64,000 nucleotides of DNA from Candidatus Bipolaricaulota bacterium (GCA_035528115.1 DATKZF010000003.1:22699-86698), one strand, 5' to 3'; shown: positions 8,771 through 19,262, numbered from the stretch's first letter. Translations and numbers: made by a program. Notes: generated by a model not told the origin, from the sequence alone.

Positions 8771-9874
8771 TCACTCTTTTTCCCTTAATTCTTTGGCTTT
8801 TTTATAAGCGAAAGCCATAATCAACATAAATGTCAAGAGCGCGGCCATGCCCAAAATTAAAAAAGCCAAGCCTTTGGTCTGCAAATACAGCGCCGCTCCG
8901 GCCAAAATCGCGCTGATTAACCACAAAAACACGCTGGCTCTCTTGACGCCGAAACCGGCGTCAAGCAAACGATGATGAAGATGTTTTTTGTCGGAAAAAC
9001 TGAATGATTTTTTTTCCATTTTGCGCCTAATGAGCGTCCAAGCCACGTCGAGTATGGGCAGGCTGAGCAACATCAAGGTCACCGTCACTTTACTGCCTGA
9101 AATAATGGACAGCGTGCCCAACACAAAACCCGTGTACGTGCTGCCGCCTTCGCCGAGAAAAATGGACGCGGGGTGAAAATTGAAAATCAAAAAGCCCAAG
9201 CATACGCCCGCAAAAATGATCGCCAGTAAAGCCACATCCGGCTGAACATCTTTATTCATCAAGGACACCGCGAAAATAAACAGCGCGCCGATTGTCGTAA
9301 TGCCGCCGACCAAGCCATCCAAACCGTCCAAAATTTTCGTGGTGTACATCATGCCCATCAGCCAAATGAAAGTGAACAAATCAGCCAAAAAAGTAACGCG
9401 GTAAGGAATGCCGTGAAACCACAATAAATCGATTTGATATTTGGCCAAATGCCAAATGCCGTCGCCGAACGGATTGGAAATCCAATCAATGCCGATGCCG
9501 GACATGCCTACCGATATTACGGCCAGGATCGGCCAAATGATTTGATATTTGGGTTTTAAATTATATTTGTCATCCAAAATCCCGCCCAACATTAAAAATG
9601 CGCCGCCGAACAGCAAGCCCCAGATGTATTTTATTAAAATGTTGCTGCCGACAAGTTCCTTGGTGAAATAAACATAAATTAAAATCACCGCGTTAAACGC
9701 CAAGAACAAAGCCAGTCCGCCCATTTTAGGAACCGGTTTATGGTGAATTTTTCTGAGGCTATTCGGATAATCCAGAATTTTTAATTTTTTCGCCAGGAAG
9801 CGAACCGTTATGGTCAAAACAACGCCGGACATAAACGCGATCGCTGCCGCGGCGATATAATCGGCGGCATTCAT
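8771..9874 (-). CDS. MraY/WecA family (GT4) undecaprenyl-phosphate sugar-1-P transferase
   Basis: RKIH..PVPKMGG, GILDD, DGLDGL, NFHPASIFLGEGG, HLHHRL. Confidence 0.9.
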   Translation of the reverse strand: MNAADYIAAAAIAFMSGVVLTITVRFLAKKLKILDYPNSLRKIHHKPVPKMGGLALFLAFNAVILIYVYFTKELVGSNILIKYIWGLLFGGAFLMLGGILDDKYNLKPKYQIIWPILAVISVGMSGIGIDWISNPFGDGIWHLAKYQIDLLWFHGIPYRVTFLADLFTFIWLMGMMYTTKILDGLDGLVGGITTIGALFIFAVSLMNKDVQPDVALLAIIFAGVCLGFLIFNFHPASIFLGEGGSTYTGFVLGTLSIISGSKVTVTLMLLSLPILDVAWTLIRRKMEKKSFSFSDKKHLHHRLLDAGFGVKRASVFLWLISAILAGAALYLQTKGLAFLILGMAALLTFMLIMAFAYKKAKELREKE

Positions 9875-9914
9875 ATTTTGCCTTTATTTTAATAAAAAAA
9901 ACGCGAAATTGCAA

Positions 9915-9980
9915 TCTACGGCGGCCGGCGGGAACGCGATCGTTCCCGCCCGTAGAGACGCGCCATGGCGCGTCTCTACG
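9915..9980. repeat. GTAG-type REP palindromes
   Basis: GTAGAGACGCGCCATGGCGCGTCTCTAC and GCGGGAACGCGATCGTTCCCGC; related hairpins at about 13329-13427 and 48460-48547. Confidence 0.7.
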
Positions 9981-10085
9981 GCATACGCGCGCGCATCGGC
10001 CGCCGACAAATAAAAAAACGCCTGTCCAGCGTCCTTATTGTTTCATGTTTCATGATCCATGATCCATGCTCCATGCTCCATGACA

Positions 10086-12866
10086 TCACAACGCCTCCGC
10101 CTTTTCCACGTGAATCTTGCCGCCAACGTCAAAAGTCACCGTGTCGCGTCTGCCGATCTGCGCGGTCAATAGATAATTGGCCAAGGCGTCATCGACTTGC
10201 GTTTGGATCACGCGGCGCAGCGGCCTGGCGCCGAATTTCGGATCAAAGCCTTGATGGGCCAAATCTCTGATCGCCTCGTCCGTCGCTTGGAAAGTAATGC
10301 CTTTTTCTTCCAATCGTTTGGCCACCTTGGCGATCAATAATTTCGCTATCGCGTAAACATTTTCTTCTGTCAGCGGTTTGAACACCATAATGCCATCGTA
10401 GCGATTCAAAAACTCCGGCCTGAAATATTCTCTCAATTCCACGTTGAGCAATTGATTTTTTATTTCTTCTATATTTTTATTTTGAGAAACCGCGTCTTGG
10501 ATATAGGAACTGCCCGCGTTCGAAGTCATGATAATAATCAAATTCGTAAAATCAATCGTTCGACCGGTGTTATCAGTTAAACGCCCGTCTTCCATTACCT
10601 GCAAAAATAAATTCAAAACGTCCGGATGCGCTTTTTCTATTTCATCAACGAGCAAAACCGTAAACGGATTTTTTCTGACCGCATCCGTTAAATAACCGCC
10701 TTCTTTGGACGCGCCCGCCGGCGCTCCAATCAGACGGTAAATGCTCTCCGGCGTTTGGTATTCGGACATGTCCAGTCTGATCATGTTTTCTTCACTGCCG
10801 AAATAAATATCGCCCACGGTCTTCGCCAATTCGGTTTTGCCGACTCCGGTCGGGCCCAAGAAAAGCAAACTGGCGATCGGCCGATCGCCTTCGCGAAGCT
10901 CGGCTCTGGCGCGACGCAAACTTGACGCGACCATTTTCACGGCTTCTTCCTGCCCGATGATTCGGTGATGTATTTCTTCTTCTAGATTCAATAATTTACT
11001 GGCTTCTTTTTGCGTTATTTTCGAAACAGGGATCGAAGTTTTCTCACTGATGAATTTGGCCACATCGTCGCCCGTGACGATTTGATTTTCTCCGCGCTCC
11101 TTTCTCACGGCAATGCCCACTTGTTCTATGATTTCCAAAGCCTTTTGCGGCAAATATTTATCATGAAGATAACGGGAAGACAAAACAACCGCTTTATCCA
11201 AACTGTCATATGAAAAGAAAACCTTGTTGGCGTATTCGATCGGTCCGCTCTTGGCCTCAAGCACCTGAATCGCTTCGTTTATTTCCGGTTCCTCCACTTT
11301 AATATTTTGGAACGAACCGGCCAGCGAGCTGGCCTCGATGTTCGCGAAATCAGCCGGCGTGGTCGTGGCCACGGAAAAGAATTGCTTACTGGTTAAAATA
11401 TCGGCCAGAACCTCTCCCAAATCCAAACCCGCTTCTTGCCCGGCCGTAATGCCGATCATGTCGTGAATATTTTCAATGGCTATAACTATATTTCTCGCGC
11501 GAGACGCTTCAGCCATGGCTTGAAGCAGCCGCTCTTCCGCCTGAGCCGGCGTGGCGCCGCTGACCAAATACGGCACGGATAAACTGACCAAGCGCTTATC
11601 TTTTAACATATCCGGCACATCGTCGGCGATCATCTTTTGCGCCAAGCCTTCCAAAATTGAAGTCTTGCCCACCCCCGAAAAACCCACAAGAAGCGCGCTG
11701 CTTCTCGAGCCTTCGATGATTCTGAAAATTTCTTCGAATTCTTTTTCGCGGTCAACGCACGGGAAAAGCGCGCCGACTCTGGCCGCTTGCGTCAAATCAC
11801 GGCTGATTTGATTCAAAAACGGCGTGGCCGTGGCGGTCATGGCGCGATCAATGCCGCTTTTGCTTTTCAATCTGGCGCGAGAGCGATATCTTGAAATCTG
11901 CCCGATCAATTGATTTTGAATTTTTATCCACACCACCACATTGAACAATTTCTGCCTGTTCAAGTCCAAATCAAGCAGCAGCTCGCCGATATAATCTTTT
12001 TCCAAATCGACAAAAAGCTCTTTAATCGTAAACGCGGCGGCCAAATCGGTCACCTCAACTTTTACTTTATCGTCCATCATGGCTTGCCAATAAGCCATGA
12101 TCAAAATTTTCTTGGCGGTCAATGACAAACGCGGCATTCCCCCGACCGCGGATCGCTGAGACAAAATATTATTGATCTTTTCCTGAATGACTTCTTTATA
12201 AAGTCCCAGTCGGCTAAAAATTATCATGCCGGGCTGGCTTTCCGGCAACACGTAAAATAGGCGCAATTCGCCGATTTGAGGTTCGCTGACGCTTTGCGCC
12301 GCGAAAAATGCTTTGTCTATCAACATTGATGTTTGATCGTTGTAGGATTTGGCAACGTCGATCAAATCGCTTTTCGGCCTGGCCAAAACATCTTGCCAAT
12401 CCGTGGGCAACGAAGAAAACAGCGAATCTTCGTCTCTGTACTCTTTTTTCAAAACTTTGAATTTGGGATCGGTTTCCTGATCAATACGATAATACAAATA
12501 CAAGTCGCCGACGACTGTCAGCCAAAAATAAAATTTTTCAAAACTCGGCTGACGAAACCAATAGTCGAAGGAATACGCCGGCGCGAAATCCAATTTGTAA
12601 AGCTGCCAAAACAAAATGAAAAAACCGCTCAAGCCCAGCAGGATCAAAATGATATTGATGGCCGCCTTGATTGACTTGGTGAATTTTTCATAATAAATGC
12701 TCCAAGTGTCGATTCTCTTGCCCCAATAAAAAACTTTATTTTTGAAAAATAAAACCGCGCCCAAGCCTTGGCAAACTCGGCACGTTTTGTCTTCGATCAC
12801 GCCGGCGCCTTTGCAAGCGTCGCAGACTAAAAACGGCAATTTTTTCAATGGTTTTTTTTCAGTCAT
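10086..12866 (-). CDS. Clp/Hsp100 AAA+ ATPase with N-terminal Zn finger and TM helices
   Basis: Two NBDs (GFSGVGKT; GPTGVGKTE, RLDMSEY, DEIEKAH, GARPLRR); N-terminal CDACKGAG/CRVCQGLG and hydrophobic segments. Confidence 0.9.
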   Translation of the reverse strand: MTEKKPLKKLPFLVCDACKGAGVIEDKTCRVCQGLGAVLFFKNKVFYWGKRIDTWSIYYEKFTKSIKAAINIILILLGLSGFFILFWQLYKLDFAPAYSFDYWFRQPSFEKFYFWLTVVGDLYLYYRIDQETDPKFKVLKKEYRDEDSLFSSLPTDWQDVLARPKSDLIDVAKSYNDQTSMLIDKAFFAAQSVSEPQIGELRLFYVLPESQPGMIIFSRLGLYKEVIQEKINNILSQRSAVGGMPRLSLTAKKILIMAYWQAMMDDKVKVEVTDLAAAFTIKELFVDLEKDYIGELLLDLDLNRQKLFNVVVWIKIQNQLIGQISRYRSRARLKSKSGIDRAMTATATPFLNQISRDLTQAARVGALFPCVDREKEFEEIFRIIEGSRSSALLVGFSGVGKTSILEGLAQKMIADDVPDMLKDKRLVSLSVPYLVSGATPAQAEERLLQAMAEASRARNIVIAIENIHDMIGITAGQEAGLDLGEVLADILTSKQFFSVATTTPADFANIEASSLAGSFQNIKVEEPEINEAIQVLEAKSGPIEYANKVFFSYDSLDKAVVLSSRYLHDKYLPQKALEIIEQVGIAVRKERGENQIVTGDDVAKFISEKTSIPVSKITQKEASKLLNLEEEIHHRIIGQEEAVKMVASSLRRARAELREGDRPIASLLFLGPTGVGKTELAKTVGDIYFGSEENMIRLDMSEYQTPESIYRLIGAPAGASKEGGYLTDAVRKNPFTVLLVDEIEKAHPDVLNLFLQVMEDGRLTDNTGRTIDFTNLIIIMTSNAGSSYIQDAVSQNKNIEEIKNQLLNVELREYFRPEFLNRYDGIMVFKPLTEENVYAIAKLLIAKVAKRLEEKGITFQATDEAIRDLAHQGFDPKFGARPLRRVIQTQVDDALANYLLTAQIGRRDTVTFDVGGKIHVEKAEAL

Positions 12867-12872
12867 GTGAAT

Positions 12873-13253
12873 TTATTTAAAAACCGGCAAACCCAAATTG
12901 GCTAGGATCATCATTAAAACGAAAATCGGAAAAATAAGACGAATTAAAAAAACAAACGCGTAAAACACCGCCAAAAAGCAAAAACCGATAAAGCGAATGA
13001 CAACCATGGCGAGGCGCACGAACAAACTGACCAGCCTCCCCTGCCAATCCGTCTGGCCGAACATCGGGGTAAAAATATTTTTGGCCCAAAGCGTCAAGGC
13101 CATGTTTTCATTGGCGTGTCGCAGATTATTGCCCAAACTTCTCCATCCCTTGGCCAGACCTTTCGTGTACCACCAAATCGGAAAATAAAAAACATCTCCA
13201 ATCAGATCCTTGAAGAAAAATTTCAGCGATTTCAAAAACAGACTTTGCTCCAT
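12873..13253 (-). CDS. Small membrane protein coupled to the Clp paralog
   Basis: YFPIWWY...KNIFTPMFG...GR, hydrophobic C-terminus; ends 6 nt before the Clp start. Confidence 0.75.
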   Translation of the reverse strand: MEQSLFLKSLKFFFKDLIGDVFYFPIWWYTKGLAKGWRSLGNNLRHANENMALTLWAKNIFTPMFGQTDWQGRLVSLFVRLAMVVIRFIGFCFLAVFYAFVFLIRLIFPIFVLMMILANLGLPVFK

Positions 13254-13428
13254 AGAATTTGTTTCGTCTACTATATTATAACATAAAAACAAAGAAACAG
13301 AGAAACGCGGGTAGCGGTGGCGGTCTTGTGTAGGGACAGGTCACTGCCATGTCCTCGAATAGGCGATAATAATCCAAATTTATCGGCACCGAGTCGTAGG
13401 AACACAAAATTTTGTATTCCTACGACGC

Positions 13429-14043
13429 CTAATCCATTAAGTAAGATGAAATTTTTGAAATGAAATCATCAAAATCCTCCTGATTGTGTTTCAAATCCAC
13501 CTTGTCGTAATCAATGGTCAAAACCGGCGCGACTTTGAAATTCTCCGTCCACTCCGCATAAAGTTTGTTAAGCGACTCGACATATTCCCTGGAAATCAAA
13601 TTTTCGAATTCCCGACCGCGCTTTTTCACCCGCGCCATAATGGTTTCCGTCGAGGCCTTCAAATAAATCACCACGTCCGGAGCGGGTAAAATATTCAAAC
13701 AGATTTTGTAAAATTTTTGATAAACTTGCCAATCCCGAGTGGAAATAAAACCTTGGAGAAACAAGTTTTTGGCGAACACTTCCGAATTCTCATATAAACT
13801 GCGATCCAAGATCACAGAGCCGGGATTGATCGACAAATTATATTGATCCTCCAGCCGTTTTGATAAAAAATAAAGCTGGGATAAAAACGCCCACTTGTTC
13901 ATGTCCTGGTAAAAATCAGCCAAGTAAGGATTTTCCACAGCCGGCTCGACATAAGACGACCAGTTGAAATATTCGGCCAATTTTTTCGACAAAGTTGTCT
14001 TGCCCACGCCGATATTGCCGGCGATGGCTATAAACTTTTTCAT
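13429..14043 (-). CDS. Deoxynucleoside kinase
   Basis: IAGNIGVGKTT, DRS, RGREFE. Confidence 0.93.
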   Translation of the reverse strand: MKKFIAIAGNIGVGKTTLSKKLAEYFNWSSYVEPAVENPYLADFYQDMNKWAFLSQLYFLSKRLEDQYNLSINPGSVILDRSLYENSEVFAKNLFLQGFISTRDWQVYQKFYKICLNILPAPDVVIYLKASTETIMARVKKRGREFENLISREYVESLNKLYAEWTENFKVAPVLTIDYDKVDLKHNQEDFDDFISKISSYLMD

Positions 14044-14061
14044 ACCGCTAATTTGCTGTTA

Positions 14062-14249
14062 GTTACAAATTACATTCACCTATAGCTTTAATCCTGAGAA
14101 TCTTGTAATTCCTGCCTGCTCCTCGAGTCTGAGCGACCTCGGAGTCGAAGACCGGCAGGCAGGCGTAACAGATGACCTAGAAGCTTAATAGCGGATTGTA
14201 ATTCGTAACAAATAACCTGAAAGCTAAATAATCGATTGTAATTCGTAAC
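14062..14249 (-). repeat. Family-A element, empty, with nested 53-bp hairpin insertion
   Basis: Three GTTACGAATTACA units and one inverted unit on the minus strand; insertion at 14111-14163. Confidence 0.9.
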
Positions 14250-14250
14250 A

Positions 14251-16224
14251 TTAATCATAATAAATCGTCCTATCCTGCGAATCATTATCCAAATACGCGT
14301 TAAAATAATCATCCCCGCCCACGGTCACGTAAAGCGAAGGCTCCAATTCCTTGATGAACATGGACGGCTGATTTATCATTTCTCCGTATTCATAACTGAT
14401 GGTTCTGATCGGATAAATCATGGATAGTTCCTCCTTCGCCCGAGTAACGGCCACGTAAAAAAGCCGGCGCTCTTCTTCGAGCTGCGCCCGATCTTCCATT
14501 GATTTATGATGAGGGAACGCGCCGTCGCAAAGGCCTATAATAATGACATATGGCCATTCCAGGCCTTTGGCCTGATGGATGGTGGACAAGACCACTTCAT
14601 CTCGCGCCTCGGCGTCATTACGCCGATAACTTTCGCTGAGCATCACGTCGGTCAGCAGATCTTCGAGTTTTTCATAAGTGACCACGAAATTCATCAGCTG
14701 CCTGATGTCGTCGAGCCGGTCGCGATAGTTTTCAAAAACATTTCTGGCGTACTCTTTGTAATCCAAATCCAAAACGCATTTGATCATGTCCGCGATGCCG
14801 CGATTGTTTTCCTTTATTTCAAACATTTTTCTCAAAATATTGTTCAAATCATTCCAGCTGGCGCTCGCCCTCGAGCCGACCTGAATCTTAGTCGCCAAAA
14901 CTTCGTTCAAACTTTCGAACTTTTGAATTTTTTTCCAAATAGCGTCCGCGTTTTTCACGCCAATGCCTTCGCGCATTTTCAACAAACGCTTCCAGGAAAT
15001 CTCGTCCCTGAAATTTTGAATGATTTTCAAATATGAAACAATGTCTTTGATATGAGCCTGCTCGAAATAACGCAAACCGCCGCGAACGACATAAGGAATG
15101 TTTCTTTTGCTCATTTCCAGCTGCAATTCCGCGGATTGAAAAGTCGAGCGAAACAAAACCGCAGCCTCGCGCAAAGCTCGGCCTTTGTCTTTGATTTCCA
15201 AAATCCTATTGACCACCATGCTAGCCTGCTGATAAACGTCGCGCGCCGGAATGAGAATCGGCAAAATGCCATCGGGTTTATGAGTATTCAAATTTTTCCT
15301 AAATTGATCCTTGTTTTTTTCAATGCTGGCGTTGGCCAGATCCAAAATCTGCGGAGTCGAGCGGTAATTGGTTTCCAATTTGTAAATTTTTGCGTTTTCA
15401 AATCTTTTGGGAAAATTCAAAATGTTTTTTATATCCGCGGCGCGAAAAGAATAAATGCTCTGCGAATCGTCGCCGACCACCAAGACATTTTGATGAACGG
15501 ACGCCAATTCGTAAATTATTTCCGCTTGAATATGATTGGTGTCCTGATACTCATCCACCAAAATATAATGGAATCTCTCTGATAATTTGGTTTTGGTTTC
15601 CGGGAATTTTTTGAGCAAATCCAGCCACTTGGTCAAAAGATCATCAAAATCCATCAAGTTGGCCGATTTTTTCTTTTCCTCGTAGGAGGCCGCCACGTCA
15701 TCGATTTTATGGCTGACAAAATCGGGATAGCCGTAAATCTCCTCGGCCACTTCCAGCACGGGTTTTCTCGTGTTAAAAGCGAATGAAATTATGGAATGAA
15801 CCAAATCGGCTTTGGGAAAATCGTGGCCTTTGGTTTTTATGCCGAAATCTTCATAAACCGATTTCAATAATGTCACGCTGTCGTCTTGATCCAAAATATT
15901 AAAATTGCTTTGATAACCCAGCTTAGCCGCGTATTGTCTTAAAATCACGTTGCCGATATGGTGAAACGTGCCGGCCCAAAACTTCTTCGGCTCAAAGCCC
16001 AGCAATTTTTTTATTCGCTCCATCATTTCATTGGCCGCTTTATTGGTGAAAGTGACCAATAAAATATTTTCCGGCGAAACGCCTTTTTCAATCAAATACG
16101 CGACACGATAAACCAAAGTTCTGGTTTTTCCGCTGCCCGCTCCGGCCAAAACCAAAGCCGGCCCGTCCGCTTCGCTGACGACCTTGTATTGTTCTTCGTT
16201 CAGTTCCTTTTTAAAATCTATCAT
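14251..16224 (-). CDS. UvrD/PcrA family ATP-dependent helicase
   Basis: LAGAGSGKT, TFTNKAA, VDEYQDTN, VGDDSQSIY, NYRS, STIHQAKGLE, EERRLFYVAVTRA. Confidence 0.95.
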   Translation of the reverse strand: MIDFKKELNEEQYKVVSEADGPALVLAGAGSGKTRTLVYRVAYLIEKGVSPENILLVTFTNKAANEMMERIKKLLGFEPKKFWAGTFHHIGNVILRQYAAKLGYQSNFNILDQDDSVTLLKSVYEDFGIKTKGHDFPKADLVHSIISFAFNTRKPVLEVAEEIYGYPDFVSHKIDDVAASYEEKKKSANLMDFDDLLTKWLDLLKKFPETKTKLSERFHYILVDEYQDTNHIQAEIIYELASVHQNVLVVGDDSQSIYSFRAADIKNILNFPKRFENAKIYKLETNYRSTPQILDLANASIEKNKDQFRKNLNTHKPDGILPILIPARDVYQQASMVVNRILEIKDKGRALREAAVLFRSTFQSAELQLEMSKRNIPYVVRGGLRYFEQAHIKDIVSYLKIIQNFRDEISWKRLLKMREGIGVKNADAIWKKIQKFESLNEVLATKIQVGSRASASWNDLNNILRKMFEIKENNRGIADMIKCVLDLDYKEYARNVFENYRDRLDDIRQLMNFVVTYEKLEDLLTDVMLSESYRRNDAEARDEVVLSTIHQAKGLEWPYVIIIGLCDGAFPHHKSMEDRAQLEEERRLFYVAVTRAKEELSMIYPIRTISYEYGEMINQPSMFIKELEPSLYVTVGGDDYFNAYLDNDSQDRTIYYD

Positions 16225-16232
16225 ATTGAGTA

Positions 16233-16313
16233 TACGAGATTACAGATTTGCGTACAGATTATACGAGATAATTCCAATCTGTATAATCTCGTATGTTTAT
16301 CTGTAATCTCGTA
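16233..16313. repeat. Stutter inverted repeat (TACGAGAT/TACAGAT vs ATCTGTA/ATCTCGTA), empty
   Basis: Short-period repeats in two inverted arms filling the queH-uvrD junction. Confidence 0.8.
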
Positions 16314-16316
16314 ACC

Positions 16317-16847
16317 TCAATTCACTGAGAACTCGCAGCCGCAATAATTCTGCCTATGAAAATGTTCCTTATCGCAAATCTCGCAAGACTTTTTGAACCC
16401 GTCTCCCTTTCTCCAAATATTATCAATAAATGTCACTCCGTACATGGCCGCCATTTCATGGCCGATTTCATTGATCAATTCCGCCGGTTTGTGCGGACTG
16501 ACCGTCAGGGTCGCGGCGATGGCGTCAAATCCGTTTTCGCTCGCGACTTGAGCCGTTTCCGACAATCTGAGCGTAAAATCGACTTCACAGCGCTTGCCTT
16601 TCTCCGGTTCTTTTTCCAAACCTTTGATTTTTTCCAACCAGGCGCCATGATCGTATTCTCCTTCGATTAAATTCACATCGTATTTTTCGCAAAGTTTTTT
16701 CGCTTCGCTTAATCTCAAATCATATTCTTCTTTGGGAAAAACATTGGGATTATAAAAAAAAGCGGTTACATCCCACCCCATTTCTTTTAATTTTTCAATA
16801 ACATAACCGCCGCACGGAGCGCAGCAGATGTGAAGCAATACTTTCAT
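16317..16847 (-). CDS. queH: Epoxyqueuosine reductase QueH family
   Basis: LLHICCAPC, FFYNPN, EPEKGKRC, SPHK, RQNYCGCEFS. Confidence 0.88.
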   Translation of the reverse strand: MKVLLHICCAPCGGYVIEKLKEMGWDVTAFFYNPNVFPKEEYDLRLSEAKKLCEKYDVNLIEGEYDHGAWLEKIKGLEKEPEKGKRCEVDFTLRLSETAQVASENGFDAIAATLTVSPHKPAELINEIGHEMAAMYGVTFIDNIWRKGDGFKKSCEICDKEHFHRQNYCGCEFSVN

Positions 16848-16850
16848 AAA

Positions 16851-16971
16851 CTCTAAATTCGAAATCCTAAACAATATCGAAATTCCAATTTCCCAATGTT
16901 CCAAACGTTTGGAATTTAGTGTTTTGAAAATTAAAATTTGTTTAGGATTTAGAGATTAGTGTTTAGAATTT
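16851..16971. repeat. Stutter inverted repeat (AAATCCTAAACAA / TTGTTTAGGATTT), empty
   Basis: Inverted arms; a single-arm relative lies at about 61133-61220. Confidence 0.75.
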
Positions 16972-16975
16972 TTTA

Positions 16976-17320
16976 TTATTCTTCTCTTCTCAAAAGCAAT
17001 CCCGTCAGAGTCGTCACCAAAGTGTACAACAACGCGCCCAAAACCGCCGCCCAAAATCCGCTGACCGCAAATCCTTTGATGAATGTGGACACAAGCCAGA
17101 ACATCAGGCCGTTGATGATTAAATTGGACAAACCAAGCGTTAAAATGGTGATCGGCAAAGTTAAAAGTTTGAGAATATTTCCGATAATCGCGTTGACTAT
17201 TCCCAAAATAAGCACGAGGATCAAGGCGATGTAAAATTTTTCTACGCCGATACCCGGCACCAAATACGCAATGGCCAATAGCCCGAGAGCGTTCAGCAGC
17301 CAAGTTAAAATTAGTCTCAT
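16976..17320 (-). CDS. Phage holin family / YvlD-like membrane protein
   Basis: LGIVNAII..ILKLLTLPITILTLGL...VSGFWAA. Confidence 0.85.
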   Translation of the reverse strand: MRLILTWLLNALGLLAIAYLVPGIGVEKFYIALILVLILGIVNAIIGNILKLLTLPITILTLGLSNLIINGLMFWLVSTFIKGFAVSGFWAAVLGALLYTLVTTLTGLLLRREE

Positions 17321-17355
17321 ATTTTCTCCTGTAGCATGAAACATGAATCACGCTT

Positions 17356-17721
17356 TTAATGATTATCCAGTCCATTAAACGTCTTCCAAAGCATTGCGCC
17401 TATCTCGTCAGCCAACGCTTTCGCTTTCTGAAAATCACCCACAATCTCAATATAGCCTTCTTCTTTGGCAAAATCCATTAAATAAACGGATTCCTTCAGC
17501 GAACCATAAGCGATTTCCAAAAAATTTCGATGCACTTTATTTTTTATTCTGGCGTATCCTTCAATATAATTTAATATAACCGACAAAGCCGATCTCCTCA
17601 ATTGAGAAGTAACCCCATATAATTCCTCTATAGGAAAACATTTTGAAATTTTATAAACCAAATGCACATACTCATTCATCTTTTGTCTCATTATCCCATG
17701 AAATGTATTTTCATCTTCCAT
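17356..17721 (-). CDS. Four-helix bundle protein (23S rRNA IVP / TIGR02436 family)
   Basis: FPIEELYGVTSQLRRSALSVILNYIEGYAR...FLEIAYGSLKE. Confidence 0.92.
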   Translation of the reverse strand: MEDENTFHGIMRQKMNEYVHLVYKISKCFPIEELYGVTSQLRRSALSVILNYIEGYARIKNKVHRNFLEIAYGSLKESVYLMDFAKEEGYIEIVGDFQKAKALADEIGAMLWKTFNGLDNH

Positions 17722-17755
17722 ATTGTTTCATGATTCATGTTTCATGATTCATGCT

Positions 17756-18280
17756 TTATGACTTCCTAATCGCCGCGGCAAGACTTTTCCAGAAATGCAC
17801 ATCATCAAGCGCCTCAAAAAACGCTGCCGTATGCTCCCGGATAAGTTTTTCATTGGCCAGATAAATCAGCTTGGCGAGCCAATAATAAACGATAAGCAAC
17901 ATGATGATCAAATACAATCCTCCCCAAAACCACTTGTTGTTCAATGTCCAAAAAGAAACATTCACTTTCGCCACTTGCGAATATTGCCGGCCGTAAAAAT
18001 CATACGCCTTCAGTCTGACCAAATAATCTCCGTTGTCGAGCGTGCGCACCAGGTCGCGGCCTTCGTATGAAAAATCGTCGCTAAAATCCCACTCAAAAAC
18101 CAAATTCGCTTCATTCAAATTGTTTATTTTCGGTTCAAAATAAAAAGTGTTCCAATCAAGCTGTTTGATTCTGACGTAAACATTGCCGTCGCTTTGCATG
18201 CCGACTTGAGACGAAACAAACACTGCCGCGGCCAGCCAGGCGACCAGAAAAATAATTAAAATTTTTATTTTTGTTTTCAT
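17756..18280 (-). CDS. Membrane protein with PKD-like domain
   Basis: Signal/TM, FEWDFSD...GDYLVRL, C-terminal TM. Confidence 0.65.
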   Translation of the reverse strand: MKTKIKILIIFLVAWLAAAVFVSSQVGMQSDGNVYVRIKQLDWNTFYFEPKINNLNEANLVFEWDFSDDFSYEGRDLVRTLDNGDYLVRLKAYDFYGRQYSQVAKVNVSFWTLNNKWFWGGLYLIIMLLIVYYWLAKLIYLANEKLIREHTAAFFEALDDVHFWKSLAAAIRKS

Positions 18281-18350
18281 TTTGATTTTAGAAATTCGCC
18301 ACATCGAAATTCGATATTCGTAAGCGAAACGGGAAATTCGAAATTCGGAA

Positions 18351-18788
18351 TCAGTCCTCATGATAATTTTCCCATGTCTGTCCCAGCTTGGTCAACTGCC
18401 TGCAACATTTATCATATAAATCGATCAATTCTAAACAGGCGTCTCGACTATAAAATTTATTATAAAGATCCTTACACACCGATACATGATGAATTATTTC
18501 ATTTGATTCACCCGCGCAATCGTTCAAATATTTTCTCCAATTTTTCTTTTGATATCTTTTTGCAAATCCCTCCGCGATTAACGCCGGAGCCGCCTTGGAA
18601 GCTCTGCGCATCTGGCTCGCCAAATCAAATTTTTCATCATCAGGCAAAACCGGCACAATTTTTTCATGAACAATCAACATGGCTCGATATAAATTCTGAT
18701 AAACATTCAAATCCAAAAAACTCTTAATTGGTCCATATCGACGATTTTCGACGCCCGAATTTCCATTACGATTTTCGATTATCGACAT
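18351..18788 (-). CDS. Four-helix bundle protein (23S rRNA IVP / TIGR02436 family)
   Basis: SFLDLNVYQ...LPDDEKFDLASQMRRASKAAPALIAEGF. Confidence 0.92.
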   Translation of the reverse strand: MSIIENRNGNSGVENRRYGPIKSFLDLNVYQNLYRAMLIVHEKIVPVLPDDEKFDLASQMRRASKAAPALIAEGFAKRYQKKNWRKYLNDCAGESNEIIHHVSVCKDLYNKFYSRDACLELIDLYDKCCRQLTKLGQTWENYHED

Positions 18789-18801
18789 AACGAATTTCAA
18801 T

Positions 18802-19236
18802 TTATAATACTCTTAAGATTTTTAAGGCATGCTCAAAACCTTTAATGGCTTTGGCCGCTTCGCCGCGACGCAATTTGTAATCCGATTCATGCACGATTGT
18901 GTTTCTCAATTTATGCGCCCACCAAACATTTCTCAATTTTTCGTATTTGTAACAAGCGACTTTCAAACGTTGACCCAGGGTCTCGCCGGGCATGATCATT
19001 CCTTTCAAAACGAAATCCAGTAAATTATCCGCCTCGATAATCGCCACTCGCCACATGGCTTCGCTGTCTTTTGAAATCAAACTTTCAATTTCCACCCACT
19101 TGTCTTGTATTTGTTTGACGTCAATGTCTTCCGGCGGCCGGCGCCTGACCACAAACAAAATAATGACCACGACAAAAATCACTATCGCGCCGATTAAAAC
19201 GTCCAGCCATGAAAACTGCCAAGTTATGTCAAACAT
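18802..19236 (-). CDS. Conserved hypothetical membrane-anchored protein (DUF4145-like helical domain)
   Basis: N-terminal TM; AIIEADNLLD...GETLGQRLK...AHKLRNTIVHE. Confidence 0.7.
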   Translation of the reverse strand: MFDITWQFSWLDVLIGAIVIFVVVIILFVVRRRPPEDIDVKQIQDKWVEIESLISKDSEAMWRVAIIEADNLLDFVLKGMIMPGETLGQRLKVACYKYEKLRNVWWAHKLRNTIVHESDYKLRRGEAAKAIKGFEHALKILRVL

Positions 19237-19262
19237 AAATTCATAAATAAATAAACAAAGTT

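Noticed and set aside
16976-17320. Prophage indicated by a holin-family gene
   Set aside because: YvlD-like proteins are common cellular genes, and no phage structural, terminase or integrase genes are present.
17356-18788. Diversity-generating retroelement (four-helix proteins resemble Avd)
   Set aside because: No reverse transcriptase and no TR/VR pair with adenine-specific mismatches; the pilin-amidase repeat differences are not A-specific.
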